The notes below the pieces were generated by a model, which was not told the DNA's origin, ran no database searches, and saw nothing but the letters and a program-made list of their open reading frames with translations. The position numbers were made by a program, and so were the translations under genes. A stretch of 55,377 bases of DNA from a bacterium (lineage in GTDB: Bacteria; UBA8248). Of this stretch, positions 50,245 through 55,377 are shown piece after piece. The DNA lies in contig CBDBZY010000050.1 in assembly GCA_965213685.1 (NCBI GenBank), forward strand, positions 1-55,377, given 5' to 3'. Within the stretch, counting starts at the first letter, position 1, and each line of letters begins with the position of its first letter.

Positions 50245-53200
50245 GCGACGACCTGGACGAGCTGCTTCAAGCCCTGGGCGGCGGCGAGGGCGCCCGCGTC
50301 CTGGACGAGGCGCTCCGCGCGGCGCCCGAGCCCGACGCCGCGCGGCCGCGGGCGGTGCGCCTGCTGGGTGCGGCGCTGGAACACGACGAGGCTCGCGTGC
50401 GCGGGGTCTGGAGCGGCACGCCCGCTCGGCTCGGGCCGGTGGTGGCCGGGCTCTGCGGTGTCGCGCCGTTCCTGACGGCGGTCTTCGCGCGCCGGCCCGA
50501 GGATCTCCTGTGGCTGCTGGAGGAAGACCTGTCGCGTCCGCGCGATCTGGAGGATCTCCAGACCGCCGCCGATGCCGTACTCGGGGACGCCGGCGACGCG
50601 GCCGCCCTGCGCCGCTTCAAGTACCGGGAGCTGGGGCGCCTCACGGTGCGGGATGCCGCGGCTGTGCCGGTCTCCGAGACCCTGGCCGAGATCTCTGCCC
50701 TGGCGGACGTGCTCCTGTCCCGTGCGCTCGGCTGCGCCGAGGCGCGGCTCGAGGCCCGCCACGGCCCGGCGGTCTGGACCGGCGCGGACGGAAGCCCGGT
50801 GCGCCTGGGCTTCTGTGTCCTCGGCCTCGGCAAGCTCGGATCCCGGGAGCTCAACTACTCGTCGGACGTGGACCTGGTCCATGTCTTCGAGAGCCCGCCG
50901 CCGGATGTCAGCGGGGGGACCGGGGGAGCGGGCGCCGGCAGAGCACTTCACGCGTCTGGCTCGGGAGTTCGCTGCGCTGGTGGGCGACCTCACCGATGAT
51001 GGCTTTCTCTACCGCATCGACCTGGACCTGCGGCCCGAGGGGACCCAGGGCCCATGGTGAGCTCCAGCGAGTCGCTGGTCGAGTATTTCGATTCCCGCGC
51101 CGCCACCTGGGAGATGGCGGCCTACATGAAGGCTCGGCCGGTCGCCGGGGACGAGGCCTTCGGTTGGCGGGCGATCCGCTCCCTCGACCCGATCATCTAC
51201 CGCTCGGCCATGGACTTCGCCGGCGTGGCCTCGATTCGGGAGATGAAGGCCCGCATCGAGGCGGAGAAGGCCCGCGCCGGCGCGCGCTTCGACGTGAAGC
51301 TGGGGCCCGGCGGCATCCGCGACCTGGAGTTCGTGGTCCAGGCGCTCCAGCTCCTGCACGGCGGGCGCATCCCCCAGGTCCGGCATCCCTCCACCCAGGG
51401 CGGGCTCGCCGCCCTGGCCGGCGCAGGCGTCATGCCCGCCGATGAGGCCGAGGGGCTGCTCGAGTCGTACCGCTTCCTGCGCCGTACGGAGAATCACCTC
51501 CAGATGGTGGACGAGCGCCAGGTGCACCAGCTGCCTCCGGCCGGTCCCGCACTCGTTGCCCTGGCCCGCTCCCTCGGAAACGGCGGAGACACGCCGGTTG
51601 CGGACTTCGAGGGGGACCTCGAGCGCCACCGCTCGCGGGTGCGCGTGGCATTCGAGTCGCTCCTCCATCGGGGCGGGGGTGAGGGCATTCTCGATCTCTT
51701 CGCGCGCCACGTGCCGCGGCTCCTGAACGGTCCGGCAACCCGCGGCCTCATCGAGAACCTGGCCCGGCGCCTGGCACGGGAGGTCGAGGCTTCCGCGAGC
51801 CCGGAGCGGGCGCTGAACAACCTGGACCGCTTCATCGCCGGCGTGGGTGGCCAGACGTTCTACTACGGTCTGCTCATCGACCGCCCCGAGCTGGTGCCGC
51901 GCCTGGCGGCGCTCTTCGGCGCTTCCAACTACCTCTCGTCCATCCTCGCGACGCGCCCCCACCTGATCGAGCCGGTCTTCGAGGACCCGAACCTCCTGCT
52001 TCCGTCGGAGGCCCAGCTCCGGAAGCACTTCGCGGGAATCCGTCAGGAGCTGGGAGAGGGCGACGACATCGAGGCCGATCTCTCGGCCCTGCGCCGCTTC
52101 GTCCACCGGGAGACCGTGAACGTCGGGCTGCTCGACCTGGGCGGGAAGGTGGATCTGCGCCGAGGCGGAGGCGGCGCTCACGCGAGATCGCGGAGGTGTG
52201 CGTCGAGGAAGGGCCTCGCGCATCGCCCGGGAGCAGCTCAGCTGCCCGGCCGAATCGCCCCGGGCGATCCGAGGCCGAGCTTCCTGGTGGTGGGAATGGG
52301 GAAGCTCGAGCAGCGCGGGAGCTCTCCTACGGCAGCGACCTGGACGTGATCTTCCTCTACGACCTGGAGAGCGGTGGGGACGTGACGTCTACACCCTCCA
52401 GGAGCACTTCGCGCGTCTGGCCCAGAAGCTCATCTCCACCCTCCAGACTCCCGACCGCCGAGGGCGTCTGCTACCCGGTGGACTCGCGCCTGCGTCCCTC
52501 TGGCCGCCAGGGAACGCTGGTCACCTCCCTCGTCGTCCTTCCGCGACTACCACGCAAAGCAGCGCGCAGGTGTGGGAGCGCCAGGCCCTGCTGCGTGCTC
52601 GACCCGGTGGCCGGGTAGCACCGTCCCTCGGCAGAGCGCTTCGAGCTGGCTGCGCCGCGAGATCCTCGGGCACCCGCTTCCCGAGGATGTGGGCGAGCCC
52701 GGTCTGGCCCGACGAGATCCATCGCATCCGGCGTCGGGTGGAAGAGGAGCTGGCGCGGGAGGAGGGCGGGACGTCGGGACGCCAAGCTGGGGCAGCGGCG
52801 GACAGATCGAGGTCGAGACCGTCGTGCAGTTCCTCCAGCTCCGGCACGGCTGCGGACGCATCCCGGAGCTGCTCCGACCCGGAGCCCGGTGGCCGGGGAG
52901 ACCCTGGACCGCCTCGAGTCAGGCCGGGCTGCTGGCGGCCGGAGCTGGCCGGCTGCCCTGCGCGAGGGCTGGGCCTTCCTGAAGCAGCTCACCAGCCGGC
53001 TGCGCATCGTCGAGAATCGCTCCATCTCCCAGCTCGACGAGGAGCGCGGTGAGCTCGACGCCATCGCCCGGGTGCATGGGCTACCCGACTCCCCGGCGGC
53101 AGTCGGGTGGAGCGCGGGGTCGCCTGCTGGCGGACTACCGGCGCCATACCGAGGCGATCCGCGGAGGTCTATGACCGGGTGCTCGGTGCCGAGGCCGAAG
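50241..53200 (+). CDS. glnE: Bifunctional glutamine synthetase adenylyltransferase/deadenylylase (heavily frameshifted; end approximate)
   Basis: Two NTase motifs (GLGKLGSRELNYSSDVD; GMGKL..RELSYGSDLD), D..LRP.G..G twice, WE.AA/WERQA, DVKLGPGGIRDLEF. Confidence 0.88.
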
Positions 53201-53223
53201 CTGGGCTACAGGACTGGACGACG

Positions 53224-54055
53224 ATGGATGAGCGAGACGCGGAAGGCTCACCTGGAGCCGGATCGAGCGCGACGGCTACACCGTGCTGGACCGCGTCATC
53301 GAGCCGGAGCTCCTGGACGGACTCACCGAGGACCTGCTGCGCCGGATCGAGCGCGAGCTCGAAGCATCCGAGCCCGCCGAGCAACGACTTCGAGGGCTCA
53401 CCGGACACGGTGCGGATCTACAACCTGCTCCGCCACGGGCCGCGCTTCGCATGCGGGTCCCGATCCATCCCGGAGATCCTTCCCGGTCGTCGAGGGGGTG
53501 TCTGGATTCCTGGGCTGCCTGGTTTCCTCCCTGTCCTCCATCGGGATCGATCCGGGCGAGACGCCCTCAGCCGATCCACGCCGACGACCAGCTGATCCCC
53601 CTGGAGAAGCCTCACCGGCCGCATGGTCTGCAACACGATGTGGGCGCTCACGGACTTCACGGAGGCGAACGGGGCCACGCGGATCGTTCCGGGCAGTCAC
53701 CGGGCCGACCACTCGCCCGAGCCTACGGCAAGCCCCAGGAGAGCATCGCCTGCGGAGATGCCCCGCGGCAGCGTCCTCGTCTGGCACGGCAGCCTGTGGC
53801 ACGGAGGCGGTGCCAACCGTGCCACCACACGCCCGGCGCGTCGGGATCGCGATGAACTACTGCGCCGGCTTCATCCGGCAGCAGGAGAACCAGCAGCTCG
53901 GCCTGCCCCGGGAGCTGGTGGCGGGCTTTCCGCGGCGGCTCCAGCGGCTCGTCGGTTACGGCGTCTACAACCAGCTGATCGGGCACATCGAGAAGCATGA
54001 CCCGGTGGATCTGCTGGGCGAAGGCGAGGCGCACCGCATGGTGTGGGACCTGTGA
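53224..54055 (+). CDS. Phytanoyl-CoA dioxygenase (PhyH) family Fe/2OG enzyme (frameshifted)
   Basis: DGYTVL, QPIHADD (HxD), WALTDFTEANGAT..VPGSH, LWHGGGAN, IRQQENQ. Confidence 0.85.
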
Positions 54056-54786
54056 GCGAGCCCGGCGCGGCGGTGGTGGTCGGAGTCGGGGCCCGGGCCG
54101 GGCTCGGCGGAGCGCTCTGCCGCCGCTTCGCCCGGGAGGGGCTCCATGTCTTCGTGTCCGGCCGCACGCCGGAGAAGCTCCAAGCGGTGGTGGACGAGAT
54201 CACGGCGACGGGTGGACGGGCCAGCGCCGTGGCGGGTGACGCGACCCGGGAGTCGGACGTGGTCCGCCTGTTCGACGCGGTGGAGGCCGAGGCCGGCGCG
54301 CCGCGGCTGGTCGTCTACAACGCGGGGAACAACCGCTTCCGTCCGCTGCTCGAGATGGACGGCGCCTTCTTCGAGGACGTCTGGCGCCTGTGCGCGTTCG
54401 GCGGCTTCCTGGTGGGGCGCGAATCTGCGCGGCGCATGCTGCCCGCCGGCGGCGGCACCCTGATCTTCACCGGTGCCACGGCGTCGCTTCGCGCCCGGCC
54501 CCCGTTCACGGCGTTCGCGGCGGCCAAGGCGGCCGAGCGCTCCCTGGCACACGGCATGGCGCGGGAGTTCGGGCCCCAGGGGCTCCACGTGGGACACGTG
54601 GTGATCGACGGCGTGATCGATGGCGACCAGGTGAACCAGCGCTTCCCCCAGCTGAAGGAGCAGCGCGGCGCCGACGGCATGCTCGAGATCGACGCGATCG
54701 CCGACGCCTACTGGACGCTCCACACCCAGAAGCCCAGCGCGTGGACCCTGGAGCTCGATCTGCGGCCCGCGGCGGAGACGTTCTAG
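54052..54786 (+). CDS. Short-chain dehydrogenase/reductase
   Basis: VGVGA..GLG, YNAG, FTGATAS.R, FAAAK, HVVIDG.I, WT.ELDLRP. Confidence 0.9.
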   Translation: MSEPGAAVVVGVGARAGLGGALCRRFAREGLHVFVSGRTPEKLQAVVDEITATGGRASAVAGDATRESDVVRLFDAVEAEAGAPRLVVYNAGNNRFRPLLEMDGAFFEDVWRLCAFGGFLVGRESARRMLPAGGGTLIFTGATASLRARPPFTAFAAAKAAERSLAHGMAREFGPQGLHVGHVVIDGVIDGDQVNQRFPQLKEQRGADGMLEIDAIADAYWTLHTQKPSAWTLELDLRPAAETF

Positions 54787-55377
54787 GCCGGGGCCGGTGC
54801 CAGGAGGAGCAGGGCCAGGAGCGCCGCGCGCTCGGCGAGCTTCTCCTCGAAGAGGAACTCGTGGGGAGCGTGGGCACCGTCTCCGACCGCACCGAGTCCG
54901 TCCAGGGTCGGCGCGAAGGCGCTCGTGGTGTTGCCGTCCGAGGCCCCGCCGGCCGCGCCCTCCGCCAGCTCCAGCCCCAGCTTCCTCCCCGCCTCCCGGG
55001 CCAGCTGCCAGAGCGCCCGGTTCCCCGGTGTCGCCTCCATCGGCATGCGCCGGAAGCGGCCGGCCACGTGGAGGCTCGCGCCCTCCGTGGCCGGGGCGAG
55101 TGCGCGAATCGCGGCCTCCACACGCTCCGCTTCCGCGCGGGACGGCACCCGTGCCTCGACCTCGGCCCGGGCTTCCGGCGCGATGACGTTGGGATTGATC
55201 CCGCCCTCCACGAGTCCCACGTTCACCGTGACGCCCTGCTCCGGGGCGTTCAACGCGAAGAGCTCCTGGATCACGTGGGAGAGCTCCCGGATCGCGCTCA
55301 CGCCCCGCTCGGGATCCAGTCCCGCGTGGGCCGCGCGTCCGTGGGCCGTGACGGTGAACCGGCCGACGCCCTTGCGG
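54783..55377 (-). CDS. M20 family metallopeptidase (carboxypeptidase G2-like), 5' end beyond the window
   Basis: RKG.GRF.V...GRAAHAG..PE.GVSAI, NVG.VEGG...NV, GGASDGN, TLDGLG..GDGAH...E. Confidence 0.9.
   Translation of the reverse strand, partial: RKGVGRFTVTAHGRAAHAGLDPERGVSAIRELSHVIQELFALNAPEQGVTVNVGLVEGGINPNVIAPEARAEVEARVPSRAEAERVEAAIRALAPATEGASLHVAGRFRRMPMEATPGNRALWQLAREAGRKLGLELAEGAAGGASDGNTTSAFAPTLDGLGAVGDGAHAPHEFLFEEKLAERAALLALLLLAPAPA

Overview
A GC-rich bacterial window that appears to join two unrelated DNA segments at ~36143. It also carries many single-base frameshifts, typical of a long read or low-coverage consensus. The left segment (1-36142) looks alphaproteobacterial. It holds degP/Q, an HDAC-family deacylase, bolA, and a four-gene toluene/alkene-type soluble di-iron monooxygenase cluster (alpha, gamma, Rieske ferredoxin, effector) that lacks the beta subunit and reductase and has an altered substrate pocket. 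Next come a GDPD, a TbpB-like lipoprotein and a complete IS5 with TTAG target duplication. A putative catabolic island follows: split transketolase, DMFase-beta-like amidohydrolase, orphan family-5 SBP, ketopantoate-reductase-like enzyme and two RraA/HMG-aldolase paralogues. Then a LIV-type ABC operon with one binding protein, two full H/M/G/F sets and a His/Met-rich YtkA-like gene, followed by qor, zincin, thpR, tesA-ybbAP, yccA, higBA, a HAD and a 5'-truncated 2-oxoacid:ferredoxin oxidoreductase beta gene. The right segment (36143-55377) looks Myxococcota-like. It holds a 3'-truncated beta-propeller/c-type cytochrome protein, a HAF-repeat surface protein, a secreted DMFase-beta-like protein, a CAP protein, a DxDxDG-repeat lipoprotein, DUF368, SRAP, a sodium:solute symporter, patatin, SDRs, a K+ channel, glnE, a PhyH dioxygenase and a partial M20 peptidase. 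No rRNA, tRNA or CRISPR array was seen. Family calls rest on motifs recalled from memory; no database searches were run.
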